A stretch of DNA of 64,000 bases from Prorocentrum cordatum. Taxonomy: Eukaryota. The stretch spans positions 124,001-188,000 of the forward strand of contig CAUYUJ010000292.1 in the NCBI GenBank assembly GCA_963575745.1. Reading direction: 5' to 3'. The number at the start of each line of letters is the position of its first letter. Position 1 is the stretch's first letter. The notes under the pieces were generated by a model. The model had not been told where the DNA came from. It saw only the letters and a program-made list of their open reading frames with translations, and did no database searches. Below, in pieces: positions 24,809 through 38,183 of the stretch. Position numbers and translations under genes: made by a program.

Positions 24809-25520
24809 TTGCAGGCTGCGAAGCGCCGTGAAGAGTTCGTGGCGGAGACCGCAAACTCTTCAGGCTGGGGGCCTCTTTGTCGATTCTTGGCTGAGGAGTC
24901 GAGAGCCGATGTGGTTTTAACCCAAGAGATCGGGCGAGCTCAGTTTCAGATTAAAGAGGCAGAATCTCGATTAGCTACCTTCGGCTGGCAGTGCAGCCTG
25001 AGGTCCTCAGTCGTTACCCAGGACGGCGGGCTTTCGGGTGGCGTCGGTGTCGGATGCCGACGATCATTCGGGATGAGCCTGCCGCCTGGAGCCAGCAACC
25101 CTCGTCCCCCCAGCCCCCACAGGGTCCACACATGCTGGGTCAATGCGTATATCCCTGGAGGGTTCCTCGCTGTTTCACTGTATCTTCCCACGGGGGGTAT
25201 GGCCTTGGGGCCTGAGGGGTCTCATCTACTTGTCAGGCTAGGGGAGCTGTTACATGGATGGAGATTGCCATATGTCATAGGCGGAGGCTGGAACTGCACT
25301 CCGCAAGCGCTTCGTGAGTGTGGATGGGAGTCTCGGCTTCGTGCTACTATATGTGGTCCGTCTCTTCCTACGTGCAGATGTGGTAAGGTCTGGAAAATTC
25401 TTGATTACTTCTTGGCCTCCCCTGGGCTCGCTAGTTCCGTCAAAGAAGTACGTCGTAGCAGAGCTTCAACGCTGAAGCCGCACTGGGCAGTCCAGCTAGT
25501 GATGCGGCACAAGGCGGTGT
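24809..25520 (+). pseudogene. LINE ORF2 apurinic-like endonuclease (APE) domain
   Basis: ETANSSGW...DVVLTQE...SGGVGV...VSLYL...YVIGGGWN (GDWN with D>G)...LDYFLAS...PH. Confidence 0.85.
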
Positions 25521-25864
25521 TGCCAGAGGTGCCGCGCCTGTTCAGCCCCAAAAGTGTTCCTCGAGACCGAGCTGATGCACCCTTCGGGCCGCCGACGGCG
25601 CCAGTGGAGTGGGGCACGCTCTCGGCGCGTCTAGAGAATGCGCCAGATGCTCACAGGTTTCAGTTGTTATTCTCAGAGTTCTTGGGCTTGTGCGAGGACG
25701 AAATGCGCAGGGCCTTCTGTCTGGACGAGGAGCTCGGGGAGGAATATCGGGGGCGGGTCCAGGTGCCCAAAATCCAGGTGGTGCCTGAGATTCAGACCAC
25801 GGGGGGTCCGTACCCTGTGGGGTGTGCTCTGGATCGAGGGTAGCGATCCCTCCACATCTGGATT

Positions 25865-27852
25865 ATGGAGCTGTTTTATATCAAGTCTAAGGGGGTGTCT
25901 TGGCGCGGGGTTGATACCCAGTGCATCGTAAACAAGGTTGTCCGAGGCCCTCCGTCACTTAGGAACTACCAGAAGTGGATCTCGTGGTGTCCTAGTCGTT
26001 CAGTGCTGCAGGACGCGTCCGCCCAGGAACTGTACCTCTGGGCGTTAGACGCGGGCAGCATCGCCGACAAGTTAGAGCGCGCCCAGGTCACAGCACGTCA
26101 GTCCGCCTGGAGCTGGGTCAAAGAAGCTGTTAAGAATGGTGGGGTCTTGGTCACAGGTACACTAAAGCCCCCCTCGGGCTGGGTCCCTTCTAAGGCCCCG
26201 ACCCCTGACCAGGCCCCATCTGGGCCGCAAGAGATGTTAGGTGATCTTACTTCGGAGTGGGAAGGGATCTGGAATACTCCTGGGGGGGAAGTTCCATGTG
26301 AGAGTCCACTTGAGGTTCTGAATGATCACATCGCCAGCCTCAACGATGAGGAGTTTCACCGCATGTTGGACTGGGAGTTCGACCCAGTCGCCATCCGCGC
26401 TGCATGCAAGAAGTTTAAGGCCAGGACGGCCCTGGGCAGCGACAACGTCCACCCGAGGGACATCCTCCTGGTCAGCGATGACTGTCTTCATGCTTTGGCA
26501 GGCCTCTGGAAGACATATTTCGGATCGGTCACGTTCCCAGTCAAATGAAGATCATCCTGGTTGCTATGATAGAAAAACCTGACGGCGGTCACAGGCCCAT
26601 TATGCTGCTTTCGGCGGTTGTTCGGATCATGTCTCGGATGCTCCGTCGCGCTGCAGCATCATGGGAACGGGACCACCCGCGTGAGTATGCTTATGGCAGT
26701 GCTGGCCGCTCGTGCGAGAGGGCGGTCTGGGAGCAGTCGGCCATAGGAGAGTTCGCCCAGAACACTGGGACAGAGTTTGCGTCCTCCCTCCTCGACTTCA
26801 CCAAGGCGTATGAAAAGGTTGCTCAGATTATATTGGTCCAGGCTGCCATAAAACACAATTTCAACGGTTTCACCCTTCGGTACCTTCTGACGGTTTATCG
26901 TGGCCAGCGTCATGTTCTCCTGGGGAAGATGTGCTCTCGTGGGGTGTTTGCCATACAAGCCATACTTGCAGGATGTACGGTTGCAACTATCCTCCTGAAA
27001 GTATTCCTCGACCCCCATCGACATGCTCGCGGATACTTTTCGTTTGCCCGAACATTTAATGTGGTGGACGACATCACTCTATGCATGACGGGGAGCGGCA
27101 GGACTGTAAGAAATGGTGTTGGCCTCGCCAATTTCTTCCTGTGCCCGCAGCTTGAGCGGATGTGCTTGATCGTGTCCAGGACCAAAGGGGCGGCAGTCGC
27201 TACTCAGGGTTGGATATCAAAAGACACCGCCAGCAAGCTGAAACGATGGCAGTTCAGGCATAGTAAGTCTACTAAAAGTTTGGGTGTGGACGTCAAGGTC
27301 AGGGGACGCCTTGGAGCTAGAGTCGACCTTGGTCGCATCGGCAAGCTTCAGCATCGAGCGCACCGCTTTCGAGCCCTTCGCTCAGCAGCGGTGGGAGCCA
27401 AGCGTATTTTGAAGACTGGAGGTCTCCCTGCAGGAATGCACGGTGCGCGGGTGCACGGAGTATCCAACAAAAGGCTCGCGCAGCTGAGATCAGTTATTGC
27501 TCGCAGTGCGTTTGGAGTTTCGCGAGGCAGATCACGTACTTTGGAGTTCCAGCTGTGTGCCGACCCGACCCTCGACCCTACCTTCCAGGCCAACCTCCTC
27601 CCACTCCAGTCCTGGGTGCAGGCCTGGCGTGAGCAGTGGTTGCCCAGAAGTCTCCTCACGAACATCTTCGAGGTTGCCCATAAGCGCCCTGGGTTTGATT
27701 GGAAGCATGTCCATGGTCCTGGGGGCGCCGCTGTTTGTACTTTAAAGCGGCTGGGATGGACGGCTCGTCACCCAGTCATTCGGAAAGACTTCAGAGGCAC
27801 GATCTTGGATTTTGGGCATATGGAAAAGAAGACTCTTAAGACGCGTGTTTAA
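25865..27852 (+). pseudogene. LINE ORF2 reverse transcriptase domain (frameshift near 26545)
   Basis: TALGSDNVHP; IEKPDGGHRPIMLL; LLDFTKAYEKV; ILAGC; FNVVDD; KSLGVDV. Confidence 0.92.
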
Positions 27853-27870
27853 TATGGCATCAAGCTGGCC

Positions 27871-29286
27871 TTGCAGAAGGGCCTCGAGGGCATCAACTTC
27901 CACGGGAGCGTCTTGGTTGGAACCCCTCGTCTGGAGCCCATCATCGAGGTCCTGAGGCAGTTACGATCCCGAGGCCAGGCTGCGGGTGCAGCCTACTTGG
28001 CAGGATGCGTGGCAGGCGGCTACCCTACCCAGAGCATCCTTTTCAGAGATCGGCGGGCGATCAGCACGAATTGCAGGTTCTGCGGCGACCTCGGCACGCC
28101 CCAGCACAGGATTGTAGGATGCCCAGCCACGTGGTGGATTCGACGGGAGTTGGATGTGCCCGAGGCGATCGCAGATTTCGAGCAGGCTCCGTCTTACGAC
28201 ATTGGTACCGCCCGATGCCTAGTCCCCAGCCTGGCGTTTGAGGCCCCTCCCCCCCGTCAGGATGAGTCTCAAGTCTGGAATGTTTTGCCCCCCAACGGTG
28301 TCTTCGGTGGGAGTGTTGCGATTGATGGCTCGGCCTTTTCCCCTGGAGACCTCGCGTTGGAGCGTGCTGGTTGGTGGATTGTCCAGGTTGATCGCCATGG
28401 AGGTTGGGATGGGGCTCTATATGGGCCCTTGCCCCACCCTGTCCAGCAGTCGGGGTGTGCCGAAGTGTACGCCCTTTTGATGCTCATCAAGAACGTCGGG
28501 GTTGAGCCCGTGCATGTAGTGTGTGACTGTAAGATGGTTGTAGATATCTGGGAAGCTGGCAGCGGCCAGCGCCTGGATAACGTTGCGTATGCTGAAGTGT
28601 GGCGCGAGATTTTCCGCAGGTGTGAAGATTTAACCGCGCCCGTCTCGGTCGAGAAGATTCGAAGCCACCAGTCATGGGCCAAGGCGTCTGCTCAGGGATG
28701 CGCTTGGTGGGCCTGGAGAGGCAACCGAGAAGCAGACCGCCTGGCCAAGTTGAGTGCTAAGATGCACCCTGTCTCTCCGCAGCTGCTGAATGAGCTGAAA
28801 GCCGTCGACTTCCAGGTTCAGGGCCGAGCGGTCTTGGTCGTGGGAGTCGGGGGTGTTTTATCTAGGCTCAACTTCAACGATGCCGATAGGTTCCGTGCGA
28901 AGCGGTACAAAGCGGCAGATGCAGGTTTAGAGCTCGTGTCCGAGCCCAATGGACACGACCTCGTGCGAGTGGGCAAGAGATCCGCTTGTGTGCGATGTGG
29001 AATTCGTGATTCGTCGAGAAATGCTATAACGGCGTTTCCCTGCACTGGACTCCCCCGACCTGCTCGTTTGGCCCACCCCTCCCATCGACTTTGGAGTGGT
29101 GACGGTGGCCGATGGTGTAGTATCTGTGGGGCGTTCGGCACGAAGAAGGTGGTCCTCCTCGCCAAGGCCTGCAATGGAGGGCCTCGGAATAAGGATGCGT
29201 CTCACTCCCTGAGTCTCCTCAAAGGGGGAATTGACCCATCGTCAGGTGTGGAATTCGGCCGATCGTTTCCCCTCAAGAGAGAGTGA
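27871..29286 (+). pseudogene. LINE ORF2 C-terminus: CCHC motif, RNase H and two further His/Cys fingers
   Basis: CRFCG..QHRIVGC; IDGS..AEVYAL..VCDC..IRSH..GNREADRLAK; GHDL..CVRCG..C; HRL..WCSICG..C. Confidence 0.9.
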
Positions 29287-30787
29287 CCCCTCTGAGTGCC
29301 GTGCGTGTTATTATCCCGTTTTTGTCCCACGTGTTGCAGCAGCGGGACCTGGTGCGCCAAGGACCTAGAGGACCTAGAGGAGGAGGGAGGAGGGAGGAGG
29401 AGGAGGAGGAGGAGGAGCGCCGCTGTCTCCACCCCGCTCTCCGCCGTTGCAGACGCACCTCCGCCCTGCCCAACGCCCGCCCCGGCGCAAAACACCCCGC
29501 GCCCCGCACGCCGCCGAGAGCGAAGCAGACGGGCGGCAGCCCTCCGCTGCGGTGCGGCGCGAGGCCGGGGCCGCCGGGCCCACGAGGAGTTTCCTTGAAG
29601 GGGCCCAGGGACACACAAATCAATACACACACGAATCCTAGGATTCCCCATATCTTTCAATATGTTCTGGGTTTTCGTCTTCCCCCACTTCCCATATTTT
29701 CCCATGCTTTCCTGGGGGTCGACGATGAATTGTGTCTGTGTGTTTCTTTCCCTCCTGGATTTCCTGGGACCCCTGCCTGGTCAAGGACGGCCCAGCGGAC
29801 GAACAAACCCAGCCAGCCTGTTGGGCGTGGGTAGTTTTAGGTCGGGAATGTCCCCCCTACAGTGTGGTTTTGGACGAGAAATAAACAAATACTCAAACTC
29901 CCCGTAGAGGGACAGGCGCTCAGTGAGGCAGTTCGTCCAACCTCCTTCCCCATCGGGCCTGGGTCCGGAGGGGGAGCGCCGCGGGTCGTTGGAGCGTCCA
30001 AGGTGGACCAAGAGGGCCCCGAGAGCAGATGGCCCAAGATGACCTCCAATATTGCACAAGATAGCCCAAGTTGGCTCTAGATGGCCTCTCAAGTGCCACC
30101 AAGAGGCCCCAAGACGGCCTCAAAGAAAGTTCCGAGCGGCCACGGAGCCTTCCATGGAACCCCCCACGAGGCCAAAATCCTGCGGGAAAGCTACACAAGG
30201 AGTGCCGTCTTCTCGCCTTTTCGTGTCCGACCAGCTTTGGAGGTCTCAAGATAGCTTCGGCATAGTTCAAGAGGGCCCCAAAATGGACCCAGGAGGCAAT
30301 TGCTCGACCTCTGGCGGCGAGAGCGTATATAGTTGAGTATCTCCCTTCTCTGGTCGATTGCCTTCACCATGGCGTCAAAGCGCCCAAAAAAATCCACAAG
30401 AGGGCGCCGAAAATCCCCAAGATGGTCCCAAGAGAGCCCCGAAGGCCTCCAAAATAGCCCCAAGATGTCCCAAGTAAGCGGCCAACAGGCTCCCATCTCG
30501 AAAGATCCGCGAAGGCGTTGACGGTTGACTCCTGGGCCTGCTCAAGCTGATCCCGACATTCGGTTTGCTGGCTACCCCCTCCCATTGTTCCACTGCGTGC
30601 TCCTACACCTCCCTGGTCCATGCAACTCGCCTGGGCATCGCTTCCGGCTGGGCTGGTGGGGATTCGGTTCTTGTTTGGCGGGGATTCGTTCCCAACCATC
30701 CTGTGTTGGGTCCTCGTGTTGAAGAGACGGTGCCCCGCGTTCTCATCTTCTCCTCCTCGCATTCCTCCTCACCCTCCTGCCTCCTCC

Positions 30788-31730
<943 letters not shown>

Positions 31731-32238
31731 ACCCGTTTCGCACACCCAGCACAGCGCTCCGTGGCCCCATAGGGAGCCCCACCGAAGCCCCCAGTGGGAC
31801 CGCCCGCATGGGTCCCGCACACCCAGTACAGCGCTTCGTGGCCCCATAGGGAGCCCCACCGAAGCCCCCAGTGGGACCGGCCGCATGCATCCCACACACC
31901 CACTTTGGCATTTTCACACACCCAGTACAGCGCTTCGTGGCCCCATAGGGAGCTCCACCGAAGCCCCCAGTGGGACCGCCCGCATGCGTCCCCCACACAC
32001 CCAATATGGCATTTCCACCCACCCAGTACAGCGCTTCGTGGCCCCACAGGGAGCTGCACCGAAGGCCCCAGTGGGACCGCCCGCATGCGTGCCACACACC
32101 CAATTTGGCATGTTCACCCACCTAGTACAACGTTTTGTGACCCCATAGGGAGCTCCACCGAAGCCCCCAGTGGGACCGCCAGCATGCGTCACACACACAC
32201 ACACACAAACGCACACACACGCACACACACACACACAC

Positions 32239-32307
<69 letters not shown>

Positions 32308-33528
32308 CACACACACACACATTGGCATTTTCACCTACCCAGTACAGCGCTTCGTGGCCCCATAGGGAGCTCCAGCGAAGCCTCTCAGTGGGACCGCCCG
32401 CATACGTCTCACACACCCACGTTTGCGTGTTCACCCACCTAGTACAGCGCTTCGTGGCCCCATAGGGAGCTCCACCGAAGCCCCCAGTGGGACCGCCCGC
32501 ATACGCCTCACACACCCACTTTTGGCATTTCACCTACCCAGTACAGCGCTTCGTGGCCCCATAGGGAGCTCCACCGAAGCCCCCAGTGGGACCCGCCGCA
32601 TGCGTCCCACACGCCCACTTTGGGATTTTCACCCACCCAGTACAGCGCTTCGTGGTCCCATAGGCAGCTCCACCGAAGCCCCCAGTGGGACCGCCCGCAT
32701 GCGTCCCACGTACTCACTTTTACATGTTCACCCACCCGGCACACCGCTTCGTGCCCCCATAGGGAGCTGCACCGAAGCCCCCAGTGGGACCGCCCGCGAA
32801 CGTCTCCCACACCAAATGTAGCACTCCTCACACGCTTCGTGGCCCCAGAAGGAGCTCCACCGAAGGCCCCAATGCCACCGCCCGCAAGCGCCCCCCACAC
32901 CCATTTCGGCACACTCCTCACACGTTTCGTGGCTCCACAGGGAGCTCCACCGAAGGCCCAAGTGCCACTGCCCACATGCGTCTCCCACACCCATTTCGGC
33001 ACACCTCTCACAAGTTCCGTGGCCCTAGAGGAAGCTCCACCGCAGGCCCCAGTGCTACCGCCCGCATGCGTCCCCCCCACCCTGTACAACGCTTCGTGAC
33101 CCCATAGGGAGCTTCAACGACGGCCCCAGTGCTACCGCCCGCATGCGTTCCCCCCCACCCAGCGCTTCGTGGCCCCATAGGGAGCCCCACCGAAGGTCCC
33201 AGCGCTACCGCCCGCATGCGACCCCCCACCCAGTGCAGCGCTCAATGGCCCCATAGGAAGCTACACCGACGGCCCCAGCGCTACCGTAGGGAGCTCCACC
33301 GAAGGTCCCAGCGCTACCGCCCGCATGCGTCCCCCACACCCAGTGCAGCGCTTCGCGGCCCCCATAGGGAGCTCCACCGACGGCCCCAGGACTACCACCC
33401 ACGTGCGCCCCCCCCACCCAGTACAGCGCTTCGCTGCCCCATAGGGAGCTCCACCGAAGGCCCCGGTGCTACCGCCCGCATGCGTCCCCCCCCACCCAGT
33501 GCAGCAATTCGTGGCCCCATATAGAGGG

Positions 33529-33770
33529 CTCCTAGATGGGGTCGGAGTAGATGGGGTCGGAGGACCGAGCCGCATCGCTGATACATCGGCGATACATCAT
33601 CGATGCATCGGCGATGCATCGGCAATGCACCGTCGATGAGGCGTCGACGTGGGCGATGCATCGGCGACGTCGACGTGAAGGAAATCGGGCTTCACATCGA
33701 GCTGCATCGGCGATGCATCGGCGATGTGGCGCCATCTTCTGACCCCATCTACTCCGACCCCATCTAGGAG
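33529..33770. mobile_element. MITE with perfect 30-bp TIR nested in the family 2 array
   Basis: ctcctagatggggtcggagtagatggggtc (33529-33558) is the exact reverse complement of 33741-33770. Interior of GCGATGCATCG repeats. Confidence 0.85.
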
Positions 33771-34764
33771 GTCTAGACCATAGGGAGCTCCACCGACGGC
33801 CCTAGTACTACCGCCCGCATGCGTTCCCCCCCACACAGTGTAGCGCTTCGTGGCCCCATAGAGAGCTTCACCGAAGAAGAGATTCACAATTGCGGTACCC
33901 ACAACTGCATATGATTGGGTCCTTCGCCAGGATAATCTTCATGGCGCATAAACCCGTGCCCCCGACATTCATCCCCCGGGGGTGATGAAGTCTGGGGTCC
34001 CAGGGGAATAACAAATTTTCTGCCCCGGCGAGTCGCAAGTGGGATGTATGACGAGGAAAAGGAGAGGAGGTCGTCGTCGTCGTCATCGTCGTCGCACGAA
34101 GACGACGACGACCTAGCTCTGCCACACGCTCGTGACTTCGGAAAGCTGCAGCGGTGAGAATCCCAGTGCCCTGCCACACGTTCGCGACCCTGGAAAGTCA
34201 CAACGGCCATAATCTCATATAACACATATCACAGGGAGGGGAGGGGAAAGGAGAGAGAAGGGGAGGGGAGGAGGAGGGCTGGGAGAGGAGAGAGGCCCCT
34301 GGGCCAGTTTTCCCCCCCAAAAAAATTATGCTAACGGAGTTCCCCACATGAAGATATGAACGGTTTCGTGGGACCCATGGGGTACGACAACATCAACACG
34401 AAGGAGAAGCTTATCGAACGAGTAAGTACGCACGAAAGGGCAGACGAAAGAAAGGAGGAGGGAGGACAGGTGCTCAGGAAACGAAGCCTTGTAAATAGTA
34501 CGGTTTCTTGATACCCTCCTCGCTCTGGCGGGCCCCGCTGGAAGGGGGGAGGGCTACGAAACCTGGTAAAGAGTAATGCTTTCCGCGACCCTCCTCGTTC
34601 AAGCGCGGCCTCTCTGGAGGAGTGGAGGGGGGACACGAAACCGTGTAAACTGCACTGTTTTCCGAAACCCTCCTGGAGGAGGAGGAGGAGGAGGAGGAGG
34701 AGGAGGAGGAGGAGGAGGAGGAGGAGGAGGAGGAGGAAGAGGATAAGATGGATGATGGTGAAGA

Positions 34765-34801
34765 GCAGCAGCATCATCATCGTCATCATCATCAGTATCA
34801 G

Positions 34802-34839
<38 letters not shown>

Positions 34840-34914
34840 GCATCATCAGCATCATCAGCATCATCATCATCAGCATCGTCAGCATCATCGACATCATCAT
34901 AACCATCAACATCG

Positions 34915-34961
<47 letters not shown>

Positions 34962-34966
34962 ATCAG

Positions 34967-35018
<52 letters not shown>

Positions 35019-35450
35019 GTCATCGTCGTCATCGTCATCAGCATCATCAGTATCGTCGTCGCCATCATCGTCATCATCGTCATCATCATCATCATCATCA
35101 TCGTCATCATCATCATCATCACCATCACCGTCCTTGGCATCATCATCGTCCGCATCATCGTGGACGGCATCATCATCATCGTCATCGTCGTCATCACCAT
35201 CAACAGCACCAGCAGCGTCAGCATCAGCAGCAGAATAGTCATAATCACCAGCATCTGCATCATCATCCTCGTCGTCGTCGTTGTCATCGTTATCGTCGTC
35301 ATCATCATCATCATCATCATCATCATCGTCATCATCATCAACACCATCATCATAATCGCCAGAATCGCCATCGTCATCGCCCATCACCATTATCGCCATC
35401 GTCATCGTCATCGTGAACAGCAGCATAACCATCGGCATCGCCATCATCAT
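34765..35450. repeat. (CAT)n degenerate microsatellite interrupting the 77-bp array
   Basis: Diverged array units at 34487-34677 resume at ~35563. Confidence 0.92.
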
Positions 35451-35562
35451 GATGAAGCCTTCCTCATCGCAGAACTACCCCTCCTCCTCACCCTCCTCAG
35501 TGGGAGGAGTAGGACGTGAGATGGATAGGCAATGTTCTCCCCTCCTCCTCACCCATGTCACT

Positions 35563-36775
35563 GGGAGGGGCACGAAACCATTTAAATAGTGTGGGTTTCG
35601 GATACCCTCCTCGCTCAGACGGGGCCTCCCTGGAGGGGTGGGAGGGGCACGAAACCCTGTAAATAGTCTTGGTTTCCGATACCCTCCTCGCTCAGGCGGG
35701 GCCTCCCTGGAGGGGTGGGAGGGGCACGAAACCATGTAAATAGTATGGGTGTCGGATACCCTCCTCGCTCAGGCGGGGCCTCCCTGGAGAGGTGGGAAGG
35801 GCACGAAACCATGTAAATAGTATGGGTTTCCGATACCCTCCTCGCTCAGGCGGGGCCTCCCTGGAGAGATGGGAGGGAGGGGCACGAAACCATGTACATA
35901 AGATGGGTGTCCGATACCCTCCTCGCTCAGGCGGGGCCTCCCTGGAGGGGTGGGAGGGGCACGAAACCATGTAAATAGTATTGGTTTCCGATACCCTCCT
36001 TGCTCAGGCGGGGCCTCCCTAGAGGGGTGGAAGGGGCACGAAACCATGTAAATAGTACGGGTTTCCGATACCCTCCTCGCTCAGGCGGGGCCTCCCTGGA
36101 GGGTAGGGAGGGGCACGAAACAATGTAAATAGTATGGGTTTCCGAAACATTCCTCGCTCAGACGGAGCCTCCCTGGAGGGGTGGGAAGGGCACGAAACCA
36201 TGTAAATAGTATGGGTTTCCGATACCCTCCTCGCTCAGGCGGGGCCTCCCTGGAGAGGTGGAGGAACACGAAACCATCAAAATAGTATGGGTTTCCGATA
36301 CTCTCCTCGCTCAGGCGGGGCCTCCCTGGAGGGGTGGGAGGGGCACGAAACCTTGAAAAATAGGATTGGTTTCCGATACCCTCCTCGCTCAAGCGGGGCC
36401 TCCCTGGAGGGGTGGGAGGGGCACGAAACCATCTAAATAGTATGGGTTTTCGATACCCTCCTCGCTCAGACGGGGCCTCCCTGGAGGAGTGGGAGGGGCA
36501 CGAAACCATGTAAATAGTATGGGTGTCGGATACCCTCCTCGCTCAGGCGGGGCCTCCCTGGAGGGGTGGAAGGAGCACGAAACCATGTAAATAGTATTGG
36601 TGTCCAATACCCTCCTCGCTCAGGCGGGGCCTCCCTGGAGGGGAGGGAGGGGCACGAAACCATGTAAATAAAACGGGTATCCGATACCCTCCTTGCTCAG
36701 GCGGGGCCTCCCTGGAGGGGCGGGAGGGGCACGAAACCTAGTAAATAGTGTGGTGCTCCGATACCCTGCTCGCTC
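35563..36775. repeat. 77-bp tandem minisatellite, ~16 copies
   Basis: Unit 'gggcacgaaaccatgtaaatagtatgggtttccgataccctcctcgctcaggcggggcctccctggaggggtgggag'. Confidence 0.96.
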
Positions 36776-36780
36776 TTGCG

Positions 36781-37160
36781 GGTATGGTATGGTAAGATAT
36801 GTATGGTATGGTATTGTATGGGTAGTTTGGTATGGTATTATATGGTATGTGTGGTATGGTATTGTATCGTATGGTAGGTATGCTATTGTATGGTAGGTAT
36901 GGTATGGTATTGTATGGTAGGTATGGTATGGTATGGTGTGGTATGGTATGGTATGGTACGTATGCTATATAGTATGGTTGGTATGGTATGGTATTGTTCG
37001 GTATTGTATGGTATGTATGGTATGGTATGGTGTGGTTTGGCACGGTAGGTATGGTATGGTATGGTATCGTTTGGTAGTGTGTGGTATGTATGGTATGGTC
37101 TGGTGTGGTATGGTAGGTATGGTATGGTATGGAATGGTAGACATGGTATGATATGGGAGG
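36781..37160. repeat. (TATGG)n pentamer microsatellite
   Basis: Direct inspection. Confidence 0.95.
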
Positions 37161-37417
37161 CTGGAATGGTAGGCATGGTACTGATATGGCAGGCGGAAGG
37201 CGGGAGGGAGAAGGGGAGGATGTTCTGGGAAAACAAGAACCCCACTCAGGATGTGGGAACATAAAAAAAAACGATTCGGAATACTGAGCATGTTATGTGT
37301 TAAACACATTGTGTTTAGCCGTGTTCTACATCACATGCGTTAGAGCTCATGGTTGTCCCCTTCTGGTGATGCAGAACGTCCTGGATAAAAAATGGGGGGG
37401 GCTAAGGGGAAGGAAGA

Positions 37418-37448
37418 GAGTAGCAGTAGTAGTAGTAGTAGTAGTAGT

Positions 37449-37495
<47 letters not shown>

Positions 37496-38002
37496 CAGTA
37501 GTAGTAGTAGTAGTAGCCGTAGTAGTAGTAGTAATAGTAGTCGTAGTCGTAGTTGTAGTAGTAGTCGTATTATTAGTAGTAGTGGTGGTAGTAGTAGTAG
37601 TACTACTACTACTACTAGTAGTAGTAGTAATGATAGTAGTAGTAGTAGTAGTAGCAGTAGTCGTAGTAGTAGTAATAACAGTAGTGGTAGTAATAGTAGT
37701 AGTAGTAGTAGTAGTAGTAGTGGAAGTAGTAGTAGTAGTAGTAGTAGTGGAAGTAGTAGTAGCACTAGTTGTAGTCGTACTAGAAGTACGTGCTGTTGTA
37801 GCAGTAGTACTAGTAGTACTCGAACTAGTACTGGTACGAGTACTAGTAGTACTAGTAGATACTAGTAGTACTAGTAGTACTAGTAGTAATAGTAGTACTA
37901 GTAGTACTAGTAGTACTAGTAGTACTAGTAGTACTAGTAGTACTAGTAGTACTAGTAGTACTAGTAGTACTAGTAGTCCTAGGAGTACTAGTAGTACTAG
38001 TT

Positions 38003-38036
<34 letters not shown>

Positions 38037-38146
38037 CAGTCGTAGTAGTAGTAGGCGTCGTAGTAGTATTAGTAGGAGTAGCAGTATTAGGGGTAGAAGT
38101 CGTAGTAGTTGTTGTTGTAGTAGTAGTAGTAGTAGGAGTAGTAGCC

Positions 38147-38183
<37 letters not shown>

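Larger units (their letters stand above)
23493..29417 (+). mobile_element. Full-length, degenerate non-LTR retrotransposon (ORF1; APE-RT-CCHC-RNase H-Zn fingers)
   Basis: Collinear domain order across frameshifted ORFs; bounded by GGA-rich tracts on both sides. Confidence 0.92.
34310..37270 (-). mobile_element. HINE-like family 3 element carrying a 77-bp array and (TATGG)n
   Basis: ttccccacat (~34340) versus atgtgggaa (37251). The latter pairs locally with 'cccac' and abuts an A-run. Confidence 0.55.

Noticed and set aside
23636..29286. The LINE as a currently active autonomous element
   Set aside because: Multiple frameshifts and stops (near 23750, 25843, 26545, 27852) and a D>G change in the APE GDWN motif. 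Some indels could be sequencing errors.
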